Notes under the pieces: model-generated
The model's input: only the letters and a program-made list of their open reading frames with translations
Database searches by the model: none
What the model was told of the DNA's origin: nothing
Made by a program: the position numbers and the translations under genes
From: Acidobacteriota bacterium
GTDB taxonomy: Bacteria; Acidobacteriota; Polarisedimenticolia; SMYD01
Assembly (NCBI GenBank): GCA_046757965.1
Contig: JBHHZI010000002.1
Span: 2,253 to 66,252 of the forward strand
Length of the DNA stretch: 64,000 nt
Direction: 5' to 3'
In this document: positions 36,135 to 52,069 of the stretch, piece by piece
Layout: the number at the start of each line of letters is the position of its first letter
How positions within the stretch are numbered: position 1 is the stretch's first letter

Positions 36135-36571
36135 AGTCGAGCGTCCCGTTCGTGGCCCGTCGCACCGTGGAGTTCTCCGATTCGGACATGGGTGGCGTGG
36201 TGCATTTCTCCCGTTACCTGGTGTACATGGAGACGGCGGAGCACCAGTTCCTGAGGTCCCGGGGCATCGAGGTGCATGCCGAGTTCGAGGGCCGGTTGCT
36301 GAGCTGGCCGCGCGTGGCGATCCGCTGCGAATACCGGCAGGCCGCGCGGTTTCGCGATGCCATCGACATCGAGGTGCGCGTTCTGCGCCGGGGAACACGG
36401 TCGGTGACCTACGGGTTCCGGCTGCGCCGGGCCGATGAGGACCTGGCGACCGGTGAGATGACCGCGGTCTGCTGCGTCGTGGATCCGGGCACGGGAACGT
36501 TGCAGTCGGTGGAGATTCCTGCCGCCATCGCTGCGGCCATCGGTGAGGGCGAGCGAGACGGAACGAGCTGA
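36131..36571 (+). CDS. Hotdog-fold acyl-CoA thioesterase (YbgC/FadM / 4HBT family).
   Basis: The 146-aa length and the motif DSDMGGVVHFSRYLVYMETAEHQFL (catalytic Asp near the N-terminus) fit 4HBT-type thioesterases. Confidence 0.65.
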   Translation: MKSSVPFVARRTVEFSDSDMGGVVHFSRYLVYMETAEHQFLRSRGIEVHAEFEGRLLSWPRVAIRCEYRQAARFRDAIDIEVRVLRRGTRSVTYGFRLRRADEDLATGEMTAVCCVVDPGTGTLQSVEIPAAIAAAIGEGERDGTS

Positions 36572-36624
36572 CGGCGCGGTCGGCGACGCCACGAGGACGT
36601 CGTCAGCGATGAGGACGGAGGGCG

Positions 36625-37323
36625 ATGATGACGGAGGCAGGCCACGACGCGGTGCTCAGGGTCGAAGAGGTCACCCGCAGCTACCCGGCCGGACGCACGA
36701 CACTGGAGGTGCTGCGTGGCGTGACGTTCACCATGGGTGCCGCCTCGGCGCTGGCCATCACCGGCCCGTCCGGATCGGGCAAGAGCACGCTGCTTCATCT
36801 CATCGGTGGTCTCGACCGGCCGACGTCGGGCCGCATCGAATACGATGGCACCTCGCCTCAGGACCTTCCCGAACCGCAGCTCGCGGCATTCCGCAACCGC
36901 CGGGTCGGGTTCGTCTTCCAGGACCATCATCTGCTGCCGCAGTACTCGGTGCTCGAGAACGTCCTGCTGCCGACGCGGGCGCTGGGTGGCGGCGGTGGCC
37001 CGGAATCGGTGGCCCGTGCCCGGCACCTGCTCGAGCGCGTCGGACTGGACCGGCGTCTGACCCATCACCCGGATGAACTGTCCGGCGGTGAGCGGCAACG
37101 CACGGCGGTGGCGCGGGCGCTGATCAATCGCCCCGGCATGCTGCTGTGCGACGAGCCGACCGGCAGCCTCGACCGCGCATCGGCCAAGGCCGTGGCCGGG
37201 CTCCTCTTCGATCTCCACGCCGCGGAGCAGAATCTGCTCATCATCGTGACCCACAATCTCGATCTGGCCCGCAGATTCGACCGGCGTCTCGAGCTAGTGG
37301 ATGGCCGATGCTCCGCAGTCTGA
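36625..37323 (+). CDS. ABC transporter ATP-binding protein (MacB/LolD type).
   Basis: Walker A is GPSGSGKST, the signature is LSGGERQR, and Walker B is LLCDEPTGSLD. Confidence 0.85.
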   Translation: MMTEAGHDAVLRVEEVTRSYPAGRTTLEVLRGVTFTMGAASALAITGPSGSGKSTLLHLIGGLDRPTSGRIEYDGTSPQDLPEPQLAAFRNRRVGFVFQDHHLLPQYSVLENVLLPTRALGGGGGPESVARARHLLERVGLDRRLTHHPDELSGGERQRTAVARALINRPGMLLCDEPTGSLDRASAKAVAGLLFDLHAAEQNLLIIVTHNLDLARRFDRRLELVDGRCSAV

Positions 37324-40300
37324 TCCACCATCGCCGTGTGAGCACCGCGGTGGTGCTGGCGGGAGCAGTCGCGACCGCGGTGTTGACCGGTGCGCTGCTG
37401 GTCGGTGATTCGGTGCGCGGGAGCCTGGCGGACCTGACCCGGGAGCGCCTCGGACGGATCGACGAGGTCCTCGTCGGCCCCCGCTTCTTCCGGGAACATC
37501 TCGCCGACGAGCTGACGGCACCGCCGGATCGGGTGTGCGAGACGGTGGTGCCCGCCATCTTCATGACGGGGAGCGCCGTGCACGGTACGACCGGCGCGCG
37601 AACCTCGGGTGTCTCGGTGCGCGGTGTCGATGGCCGGTTCCTCGACCTGCTGGACTGGCCGGACGGCGGCGTGCCGGACCTCGCGACAGCAGAGGGGGCG
37701 TCGTTTCCGCCCGTGGTGGTGAACGAGTCGCTGGCGCGCGACCTCGATGCCCACCCGGGTGACCCGATTCTCCTGTCGTTTCCGCGGGCCTCGGACGTGC
37801 CGAGGGACACGGTCCTGGGGGAGAAGGATCCGGCGAGCGTGGTCAAGCGCTTGCGGCTGACGGTGGTGGGCGTCGTCTCAGACCGGGGCGGGGGTCGCTT
37901 CGGACTGGCGGCCAACCAGGTGGCGCCGCGCAATGCCTTCGTGCCCCTGAGCCGCCTGCAGCGGACGCTGGATCTGGCGGGGCGGGCGAACGTGCTGCTG
38001 GCGGCGTGCGCGGAGGCGTCCCCGACGGAAGAGCTGGACCGGAGCGTCGGCGCGGTCCTGTCTCTGGCGGACCTCGGGTTGAGTGTGACGGACGCGGGCG
38101 ACCGCCTGGACCTGCAGAGCCGGCGTCTCGTTCTGGCGCCGTCCACCGTCAAGGTCATCGATGAGGTGGCGGCGGCGGAGGGTCTTCCCGTGCGACACGT
38201 GGTGACCTACCTGGCCAACCGCATCGAGGTGGGCCGTCGCGCCGTGCCGTACTCGACGGTGAGCGGACTGGATCTCGGTCCGGCGCCGCCGTTCGAGACG
38301 CTGCGCCCCATTGCGGGCCATCTCGACGGCGGACTCGGGGACCGTGAGATCGTGCTGAACGAGTGGGCGGCGACCGACCTTTCGGCCTCTCCCGGGGATG
38401 AGGTGCGACTGACCTACTTCGCCGTCGGCCCGCACGAGGAACTGCGCACGGCATCGGCGTCGTTCACGCTGCGGGCGGTGGTGGCCATGGAGGGGCTCGG
38501 TGCCGATGCCGGTCTCACCCCGGACTATCCCGGCATCCAGGATGCCGGCGACATGGCCGGCTGGAACCCGCCGTTTCCGGTGGACCTGAGCCAGGTGCGT
38601 CCGGAGGATGAGGCGTACTGGGACCGCTGGCGGGCCGTGCCGAAGGCCTTCGTGTCGCTGGCCACCGGCTCGGCACTGTGGGGCACGCGTCACGGCGCGG
38701 TGACGTCGGTGCGTGTGGCGGCGAGCACGGCCGCGGCCCGGAACGGTTTCCTGGAAGACGTGCGCACGAGGTTGCTGTCGGCGGCGCACCCGTTTCGATT
38801 CCAGCCGGTGAAGACCGCGGGGTTGAGCGCGGCGTCCGGGGCGACCGATTTCAGCATGCTGTTCGTCAGCTTCAGTTTCTTCCTCATCCTGGCGGCGGCG
38901 ATGCTGGTGACCCTGCTGTTCGGCCTGGGTGTCGAGCAGCGGGCCCGGGAGATCGGGTTGCGCCGGGCGATCGGCACGCCGATGGCCCGCGTCCGCAACC
39001 AGCTCCTCGGTGAGGGACTGCTGCTGGCGGTGGTGGGCGGGGGTCTCGGCGTGGCGGGTGGCTGGGCCTACGGCTGGCTGATGATGACCGGGCTACGCAC
39101 GGTCTGGGTCGGCGCCGTGGGCACGCCCGTCCTCTTCCTCCACGTGACCGCGACGAGCCTGCTCGGCGGCTGGATCGGTTCGGTCCTGGTGGTGGAGATC
39201 GCCGTCGGCCTGGCCGTGCGCCGCCTCCGCAAGGTGGCGCCCACCGCCCTGCTGGCCGGCGCCGGCAGCCTGGTCCGCCGGGCGCCGGCGGGGCGGGTGA
39301 CGACCGCTCTGGCGCTCGGTGGCTGGCTGACCGGAGCTGGACTGCTGGCCACCATGATCCTCACCGGCGCGGGGGAGTCTCCCGGGCTGGCCTTCGGCGT
39401 GGGCGGGGCGCTGCTGGTGGGTTGCCTGGCCACGTTTGCACGCTGGTGCCGCCGCCGGCCGCCTTCGACCCTGGCGCGGGCACCGGGGCCCATCGCGATG
39501 GCAGCGCGCAACAGCGCCGAGAACCCGGGACGCAGTCTGCTCTCGATGGCGCTGGTGGCGTCGACGAGCTTCATCATCATCCTGGTCGCCGCCAATCGCC
39601 ACGAGTTCGGCGACGAGGAGACCGATCGCCGGTCGGGAACCGGCGGTTTTGCGCTGCTGGCCGAGGCGACGGTTCCCGTGGTGGCGGACCTCTCTTCGGA
39701 GACGGGACGCGCGGCAGTGGGGTTGAGCGCCGATGCCTCCCTGGGACCCGATGTCGAGATCTTTCCGCTGCGCCTGCTGCCGGGCAATGACGCCAGTTGC
39801 CTGAATCTCTACCGGCCGTCGGCGCCGCGGGTGCTGGGAGTGCCGCCGGAGTTCGTCGCGCGGGGCGGTTTCACCTTCCAGGCCCATGCCGCCGGCCCGA
39901 CCGCCGGGTGGAATGTTCTGACGTCTTCATTCGATGATGGCGCCATCCCGGCCATCGCCGACGCCAAGTCCGCCCAGTGGCTCTGGAAGCTCGGTCTCGG
40001 GGACGATGTCATCCTCCCGGACGAGGCCGGCCGCCTTCTTCATCTGCGCCTGGTCGGCCTGTTGCAGGCCAGCATCTTCCAGAGCGAGATCCTCATCCCG
40101 GAGGCGGCGTTTCTGGAGCATTTCCCGGGGCGCGCGGGTTATTCGGTGTTTGCCGTGGATGCCCCGGCCGCGCGCTCGGCGAGCGTGGGCCTGGCCCTGG
40201 AGCGTGGGCTGGCGCCGTTCGGCGTCGATGCGGTCTCCACCCGGGAGCGGCTGGCCCGCTTCCAGGCGGTGGAGAACACCTATCTCTCCACCTTCCAGAT

Positions 40301-40661
40301 GCTCGGCGGGCTCGGGCTCCTGCTGGGGACGGTGGGCCTGGGCCTGGTGCTCCTGCGCAACGTGAGCGAGCGACGGGGCGAGCTGGCGACGCTACGGGCC
40401 TGCGGGTTCGCACGTCGCCGGCTCACCTGGATGATTGCCGCCGAGACCGGCTTCCTGCTGGCGACCGGGCTGGCGGCCGGCAGCATCGCCGCGCTCGCCT
40501 CGGCCGTGCCCCGACTGGTGACAGGCTCGCTGCACCTGCCGTGGGCCTTCCTCGGGGGCACGCTGGCGATTGTCCTGGTCACCGGCATGCTCTCCTGCGT
40601 GGCGGCGGTGGCCGGCGCCCTTCGACAGCCGCTCCTGCCGTCGCTCAAGGCGGAACGGTAG
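37308..40661 (+). CDS. Large FtsX/MacB-type ABC transporter permease (two FtsX 4-transmembrane modules with large periplasmic domains).
   Basis: The start MLRSLIHH overlaps the ATPase gene. There are two sets of four transmembrane helices (around residues 560-700 and 1000-1117) separated by large extracytoplasmic domains. Confidence 0.7.
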   Translation: MLRSLIHHRRVSTAVVLAGAVATAVLTGALLVGDSVRGSLADLTRERLGRIDEVLVGPRFFREHLADELTAPPDRVCETVVPAIFMTGSAVHGTTGARTSGVSVRGVDGRFLDLLDWPDGGVPDLATAEGASFPPVVVNESLARDLDAHPGDPILLSFPRASDVPRDTVLGEKDPASVVKRLRLTVVGVVSDRGGGRFGLAANQVAPRNAFVPLSRLQRTLDLAGRANVLLAACAEASPTEELDRSVGAVLSLADLGLSVTDAGDRLDLQSRRLVLAPSTVKVIDEVAAAEGLPVRHVVTYLANRIEVGRRAVPYSTVSGLDLGPAPPFETLRPIAGHLDGGLGDREIVLNEWAATDLSASPGDEVRLTYFAVGPHEELRTASASFTLRAVVAMEGLGADAGLTPDYPGIQDAGDMAGWNPPFPVDLSQVRPEDEAYWDRWRAVPKAFVSLATGSALWGTRHGAVTSVRVAASTAAARNGFLEDVRTRLLSAAHPFRFQPVKTAGLSAASGATDFSMLFVSFSFFLILAAAMLVTLLFGLGVEQRAREIGLRRAIGTPMARVRNQLLGEGLLLAVVGGGLGVAGGWAYGWLMMTGLRTVWVGAVGTPVLFLHVTATSLLGGWIGSVLVVEIAVGLAVRRLRKVAPTALLAGAGSLVRRAPAGRVTTALALGGWLTGAGLLATMILTGAGESPGLAFGVGGALLVGCLATFARWCRRRPPSTLARAPGPIAMAARNSAENPGRSLLSMALVASTSFIIILVAANRHEFGDEETDRRSGTGGFALLAEATVPVVADLSSETGRAAVGLSADASLGPDVEIFPLRLLPGNDASCLNLYRPSAPRVLGVPPEFVARGGFTFQAHAAGPTAGWNVLTSSFDDGAIPAIADAKSAQWLWKLGLGDDVILPDEAGRLLHLRLVGLLQASIFQSEILIPEAAFLEHFPGRAGYSVFAVDAPAARSASVGLALERGLAPFGVDAVSTRERLARFQAVENTYLSTFQMLGGLGLLLGTVGLGLVLLRNVSERRGELATLRACGFARRRLTWMIAAETGFLLATGLAAGSIAALASAVPRLVTGSLHLPWAFLGGTLAIVLVTGMLSCVAAVAGALRQPLLPSLKAER

Positions 40662-40693
40662 CCGGCGCGAGGTGGCGCCGGTGGCGTCGCCGG

Positions 40694-41269
40694 TCAGCGG
40701 GCAGGCGGCGTGCTGTCGAGGGTTCGCTCGATCTCGGCGAGGAGGTCCTCGACGGAGCCGGGCTCCTCGCTGACGACGATGGCGCCGTCGGCGTCGGTGG
40801 CGACATGGGAGATACCGGGATTGTCGCGCTCCAGGTCGTCGATCACGTGGGCCTGCGCCTGAAAGCGGCGCAGGAGCTCGCGGCTCTGCCGTGTCAGGTC
40901 CCGGTGCTCGAGGGCCTGTCGCAACGTCACCTTCAGTTCCTGAACATTGCACGGTTTGGTGAGAAACCGGTAGACGGCACCCTCGTTGATGGCGCGGATC
41001 GCCGCGTCCATGCTGGCCTGGCCGGTGAGGATGATGCGGACGGTGTCGGGGTAGTCGCGGTGCACGATGGCAAGGAACTGCGAGCCGGACAGGCCCGGCA
41101 TGCGCTCATCGGAGACCACGACGTCGATCGCCTCACGGGCCAGAAACTCCATTGCGGCGTCGGCCGAGGCGGCGCTGAACAGCTCGTATCGATCGCCCCG
41201 CAGGCTGCGCATCAGTGCCTCGGTCACGTTCGGTTCGTCATCCACGAACAGGATCTTGTGTTGAGCCAT
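40694..41269 (-). CDS. Single-domain response regulator (CheY-like receiver plus short C-terminal tail).
   Basis: The REC motifs are present: KILFVDDE, the phospho-acceptor D in VVVSDERMPG, and the conserved T/K in ILTGQAS...KP. Confidence 0.8.
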   Translation of the reverse strand: MAQHKILFVDDEPNVTEALMRSLRGDRYELFSAASADAAMEFLAREAIDVVVSDERMPGLSGSQFLAIVHRDYPDTVRIILTGQASMDAAIRAINEGAVYRFLTKPCNVQELKVTLRQALEHRDLTRQSRELLRRFQAQAHVIDDLERDNPGISHVATDADGAIVVSEEPGSVEDLLAEIERTLDSTPPAR

Positions 41270-41284
41270 GAAACATCTCCCGGG

Positions 41285-42462
41285 TCAAGGGGCGGGGGTG
41301 AGAAGGGGGCCGGTTCGCGCGTCCTGGGGCATGCGGACCCGGATCGGTTCGACGACGCCGACACCCTCGGCGAAGCTGCGCAGCCTCTCGAGTGTCTTCT
41401 GCGTCAGTTCTTGCCCTCGCTGCATCAGTCGCAGTCCGGTGGCGCTCTGCACGTCCTCATCAAGAATCATGAACAATCGCATCTCCTCCACGTTCAGGGC
41501 TCGCACCTCCATGGCGGTCTGAGCCGGACGGAGCGCCTCGACTGCCGCCAGGATCGCCGGGTGATGAGCCGCGTCCGGTTCTGCCAGGGCGCGTGCGGCG
41601 GCCGCCGGTGTGGAGCCGGTGGACACGAGCGCATCGAAGGTCGCGGCGGCGCGCAGGATCTGCGCCCCGATCTGTGTGAGGTCCCACGAGTCGAGGCTTG
41701 TGGCGCGGGCGTCCGGTTCGGGAAGGGTGTTCTGCCCGGCCACCATGGCCGCGACTGATTCGAGCCGCGGAATACTCCCCAGCAGCCTACCGGCCACCTG
41801 CGGGTGCGAGGCGATCATGCGCAGCTCCGCCTCGCGAAGTTCCTGTCCGGCCGCCAGACGGGCCAGCGTGTCTCCCGGGAGGGAGACACAGCCGATCTGG
41901 GAGAGCATGGCCGCCAGCCGGATCTGCCAGTCGCTGCTGACGCCGAGCATCTCGGCGATCTGCGTGGCGTACTGCTGCACCCGGGTGGCCCGGCTGAACG
42001 CGTCGGGGCTGACCAGGCCGAGGATCTGGGTCAGGACCTCCACGGCACCGTGGAGGGTCTGACCCAGAAGTTCCCGTTCCGCCATGACGAGCCGGTGCTG
42101 TTCGAGGGCCGACTCCACACAGCCGATGAGGACGTCCCGGGGGCACGGCTTGGTCATGAACCGGAACAGCCGGCCGGCGTTGACGGCCTCGATGGTCGCC
42201 TGCAGTTCGGCCTGGCCGCTGAGGATCATCTGCACGCTGTCCGGACTGATCTCACGGGCCTTGGCCAGGAACTCGGGTCCGCTCATCATCGGCATCCGCA
42301 TGTCCGACACGATGACGGCAAACGGGTCCGAGGTGGCCATGGCGTCCAGGCCTGCCTCGCCTCCCACCGCGGTCTCCATATCGAAGCGCCGCGAGAGCTG
42401 ACGCCGGAGGGCGTCGAGCACGTTCGGCTCGTCATCGACGAACAGGACCCGTCCGGTCACGT
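41285..42462 (-). CDS. Response regulator with a C-terminal HDOD domain (REC-HDOD).
   Basis: The REC domain (VLFVDDEPNV, IVSDMRMP, FMTKPC) is followed by an HD-related HDOD region (LAAMLSQIGCVSL...). The GTG start is inferred. The listed ORF is extended upstream. Confidence 0.65.
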
Positions 42463-43665
42463 CGGCTCCCTCTCCGTGTCGACGGCGGCGCAGGCCGCCT
42501 GCCAGGCTCCCCAGCGAGCATCCAGCCCGAGAGCCTCCAGGTACGCGCAGTCCGCCGTCGGTGCTGCGGCCGGCATGACGGCCTCGGGGTGAGCGGCCAG
42601 GGCGCAGGCGGCATGGACGATGGTCAGGGAGCCGAATTCGCTGGTCGGGCAGGATGAGGGCGCATGGTGATAGGCGATCGCCTCCACGACACTGTCCGGC
42701 AGACCCCAGAGACCGATCAGGTAGGCGCCGATGGCTGCATGATGAGTTCCCAGCCGTTGCTCCTCGATCTTCCAGACCGCGTTGGTTCGCGAGGACACTG
42801 CCTCCATCACATCCGCGTACGGACCGGGCATGTTCACGGCGAGAATGATCTTGCCGATGTCGTGCAGCAGGGCCGCCAGAAAGGCATCGTCCGCCGTCTG
42901 CTTGTCCAGATCCTCGCTGCCGCAGATCGCCCGGGCGAAGGCAGCTGTCTTCATGCTGCGATGCCAGAGCGCCTCGAGATCGAGCCCTCCGGGCCTCGGC
43001 TCGTCGGACTCCAGGAAGATGCTGGTACCCAGAACCAGCGCGCTGATGGTCTCCAGACCGAGATAGGTCACCGCCCGCTCGACACTGGAGATGCGCTGGG
43101 CCAGGCCGAAATAGGCGGAATTGACCAGCTTGAGGATCTTGGCGCTCATGCCCATGTCGCTCTGGATCACCCGGCCGATTGTCGGCAGCGACGCGCCCGG
43201 CTTCTGGAGTTCGGCCACGACCTGCTGGTACAGGGCGGGCAGGCTGGGGACCGAATCGAGCCCTGACGTGATCTTCTTCAGTGCCGGGCTTTCCAGCAGT
43301 GCCCGCAGGCCGTACGCGCGGTCGATGGTCGTCTTCAGGACGTCGGGATCGCACGGCTTGTTCAGGTACTGGTGGGTCGGTCCGACGGCCTTCATCACCA
43401 GTTCCTTCTCCGAGTGCCCCGAGAGAATGATGCGAATGGTTCCGGGCTGTCGGCGCTTGACCTCCTGCAGGAGCGTCGCGCCGTCCATGCCCGGCATCTT
43501 CATGTCAGCGACGACGATGTCGAACGGGTGCTTCTCCATCACCTCCAGCGCCGCCGCACCGCTCGCCGCGAATTCCATCGCCCATTCCTCGCGCATGCTC
43601 CGCATCATGCGCCGGATGCCGTCGAGAACCCGCTCCTCGTCGTCGACAAACAGCACGCGTTTCAT
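42457..43665 (-). CDS. Response regulator with a C-terminal HDOD domain (REC-HDOD), paralog of the adjacent gene.
   Basis: The REC domain has [27 protein letters not shown] and YLNKPC. The HDOD domain has LLHDIGKIIL and AIGAYLIGLWGLPD. Confidence 0.7.
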   Translation of the reverse strand: MKRVLFVDDEERVLDGIRRMMRSMREEWAMEFAASGAAALEVMEKHPFDIVVADMKMPGMDGATLLQEVKRRQPGTIRIILSGHSEKELVMKAVGPTHQYLNKPCDPDVLKTTIDRAYGLRALLESPALKKITSGLDSVPSLPALYQQVVAELQKPGASLPTIGRVIQSDMGMSAKILKLVNSAYFGLAQRISSVERAVTYLGLETISALVLGTSIFLESDEPRPGGLDLEALWHRSMKTAAFARAICGSEDLDKQTADDAFLAALLHDIGKIILAVNMPGPYADVMEAVSSRTNAVWKIEEQRLGTHHAAIGAYLIGLWGLPDSVVEAIAYHHAPSSCPTSEFGSLTIVHAACALAAHPEAVMPAAAPTADCAYLEALGLDARWGAWQAACAAVDTEREPT

Positions 43666-45308
43666 GAAGACTCTCCGGACGTCCCCGATGTCGTGTCTTC
43701 TTCCGCGGGATGGAGCGGCAGGCTGAGGGTGAAACAGGTTCCCTTGCCCACCTCGGACTCGACCTCGATGCTGCCGCCATGCTTTTCCACGATCACGTCG
43801 TGGGCGATGCTCAGCCCCTGGCCGGTGCCCTTGCCGATCTCCTTCGTCGTGAAAAACGGATCGAAGATGTGCTCGCGGACATCGTCCGGCATGCCGGATC
43901 CAGTGTCGGAGATCTTCACCTGCGCGAAGTCGTCGCAGATGCCGGTCTCCACCGTGATCGTGCCCTTCTCCTGGCCGCTGCCGTCGAGCACGTCAGCGAT
44001 GGCATGGGTGGCATTGACCACCAGGTTGAGGATCACCTGGTTGAATTCATCTGCCAGGCAGGGCACCAGGGGCAGGTCCGGGTCGAGCTTCTTCACGACA
44101 TCTGCCACGTACTTCCACTCGTTGGTTGCCACCGTGAGCGTGTTCTCGATGTTTCGATTGAGATCGGCTGGCTGCTTGTCCGTCGAGAGGTGGGAGAAGT
44201 CCTTCATGGCGCGGACGATCTTGGTGACGCGGGCGATCCCCTCGAGGGATTGACCGATGGCCTTCGGGATCTCCTCCCGCAGGAAGTCGAGGTCGGCCTT
44301 CTCCATGGCGCTCTTCACCACTGAGACGAAATCGGCCGGAAGATCGTCCGTGGTCCTGGCGGCAGCGATGGCCCCCAGAGCATCGAACAGGGGGAACAGA
44401 TCGTGGCAGGCGTCATCGAGGAAGCGCGTGTTGTCGCCGATGTACTGGGTGGGCGTGTTGATCTCGTGGGCGATGCCTGCGGCAAGCTGTCCCACGGACT
44501 GCATCTTCTGGGAGTGGCGGAGTTGCCGCTCGTTGGACTCTCTCGTGGTGACGTCTTCCTTGATGGCGACGAAGTGTGTGATGTTGCCGGTCTCGTCTCG
44601 CACGGCAGAGATCGACGTCTCGTCCAGGTACAGGTCCCCGGTCTTCGTCCGGTTCGCGAAGATACCGGTCCAGCGCTGTCCCTTCGTGATCTTGTTCCAC
44701 AGATTCTCGTAGAATCCTCTCGTCTGATTGCCGCTGCGCAGGACCCGGGGATTGGCCCCGACGATCTCCTTCCGGGTCCAGCCGGTGACCTGTTCGAAGG
44801 CGGTGTTGACGTACTGGATCCGGCCGGCGATGTCGGTGATCATGATCATCTCGTCCGCCTGCTCCAGGGCGGCCACCAGGAGGTGGACCCGTCTTTCCGT
44901 GTCCTTTCTGGTGGTGATGTCTCGAAGGAAGGCCGTGAACAGACGATGGGTGCCGAGGTTGACCTCGGAGACGTGCATCTCCGCGGGGAAGGTGCTGCCG
45001 TCCTTGCGGCGTGGTTCCACCTCGATGGTCCGGCCGATGATGTGCGGATCCCCGGTCGCCTGGTAGCGCGCCAGGTAGTCGCCATGCCGGTCCGCATGTG
45101 GCGCGGGCATCAGGGTGGCCACGCTCTCGCCGATGATTTCGTAATACGCGTAGCCGAACAGGCGACAGGCGGCGTTGTTGAAGGCGACGATGGTGCCGTG
45201 GGGATCGATGGTGATGATGGCGTCTGCGGCCGAGTCGAGAATCGCCTCGGTGAGGGCCTGCTGCTCCCGGAGGATATCCGCGAGACGGCCGCACTCATCC
45301 GATGACAT
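43662..45308 (-). CDS. Cytoplasmic PAS-domain sensor histidine kinase.
   Basis: It has two PAS S-box regions ([34 protein letters not shown]; [23 protein letters not shown]). The HisKA H-box is [11 protein letters not shown]. The HATPase G-box is [13 protein letters not shown]. There are no transmembrane segments. The start was chosen at MSSDECGR. The listed ORF extends to 45530 with a low-complexity N-terminus. Confidence 0.8.
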   Translation of the reverse strand: MSSDECGRLADILREQQALTEAILDSAADAIITIDPHGTIVAFNNAACRLFGYAYYEIIGESVATLMPAPHADRHGDYLARYQATGDPHIIGRTIEVEPRRKDGSTFPAEMHVSEVNLGTHRLFTAFLRDITTRKDTERRVHLLVAALEQADEMIMITDIAGRIQYVNTAFEQVTGWTRKEIVGANPRVLRSGNQTRGFYENLWNKITKGQRWTGIFANRTKTGDLYLDETSISAVRDETGNITHFVAIKEDVTTRESNERQLRHSQKMQSVGQLAAGIAHEINTPTQYIGDNTRFLDDACHDLFPLFDALGAIAAARTTDDLPADFVSVVKSAMEKADLDFLREEIPKAIGQSLEGIARVTKIVRAMKDFSHLSTDKQPADLNRNIENTLTVATNEWKYVADVVKKLDPDLPLVPCLADEFNQVILNLVVNATHAIADVLDGSGQEKGTITVETGICDDFAQVKISDTGSGMPDDVREHIFDPFFTTKEIGKGTGQGLSIAHDVIVEKHGGSIEVESEVGKGTCFTLSLPLHPAEEDTTSGTSGESS

Positions 45309-45879
45309 GGGCTCGGGGCTGTCGGTCGATCTCCGGTCGAATGGAACCGCCGTGGCGCCTATCCTGGCTGACACTGCGGGGGGCGGTGCCGCCGGCGCGT
45401 CCGGTGACGGAGTTCGTTCGCCGCCGGTGACGTCATCCGGTGACGGCCCGGCGGTCTGCACCACGTCGCGGTGTCCTGGTGACTTCCCCCGGGTCATGGG
45501 AGACGTGTTCCTGACCCGTGGAAAGTCCAAGGTGTGGGGCCGGTTCGGCCCTCGTCAGACGAATGCTGCATCCTCGTCACCCCGCCCCCGGACTGTTGTT
45601 CAGGTAGCCGCAACCTCTTTTATCGACCCGGCCCGGCCGTTCTTGAGACCCGAGGGTCGATTCGTCGGTCGAGGCGAGGCCTTGGCTCCGGCACCGGGTG
45701 TCCGGGCACCGCCCCCCTCGTGGGAAGGGGGACGTGCGTCGACCCGACGATGGTTGGAACCGCCCGCCGGGTCCGCTGTTTCCGCCGCGCCACACTTTTG
45801 TGGCGGTGCAGGTCAGGTGATATCGTCGGGTCTTCCGGCGGCCATCCCGCCGTCCATTCACGCATCACGAAGGTTCACG

Positions 45880-48777
<2,898 letters not shown>

Positions 48778-48815
48778 GAGCCGGGTGTGCTCCTGGCTCC
48801 CGGTGAAGGAGCCGG

Positions 48816-50252
<1,437 letters not shown>

Positions 50253-50284
50253 GAACGCTTCTCCCGCTCTGGAATTTACAGCAT

Positions 50285-50325
50285 TGACAGGTTTACGTCA
50301 AGAATGTGTACATCGCGGTACATGT
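50285..50325. promoter_or_regulatory. AT-rich divergent promoter/operator region with inverted repeats between the regulator gene and aceB.
   Basis: The inverted repeat TTGACaggtttacGTCAA lies at 50285-50301. The palindromes TGTACA (50307-12) and ACATGT (50320-25) sit in tgtgTGTACAtcgcggtACATGTt. The local GC content is far below the window average. Confidence 0.4.
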
Positions 50326-50401
50326 TAACTGATTGAAACTAAATTAGTTATTGCAAATAAGGCGAGTTCGTGGCATATTGACTGCCACACTGGAGGCACG
50401 A

Positions 50402-52015
<1,614 letters not shown>

Positions 52016-52069
52016 AACGGATCCACGGCGCCGCCGGCGGATGAGCGGCGCGAGACGAAAGGGGGGGAG

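Noticed and set aside
37146-37307. Listed N-terminal extensions of the FtsX permease ORF (from 37146), the REC-HDOD ORF (to 43354), gcvP (from 45175), the radical SAM gene (from 30123), the GT4 gene (from 33813) and the aldehyde-reductase gene (from 26627).
   Set aside because: The extensions overlap upstream genes in another frame and are low-complexity. Internal ATG/GTG starts that abut the upstream stop codons and restore family-typical N-termini were preferred.
45309-45879. Glycine riboswitch as an annotated feature.
   Set aside because: I could not find the conserved aptamer core by eye, so it is kept only as a low-interest finding for an Rfam check.
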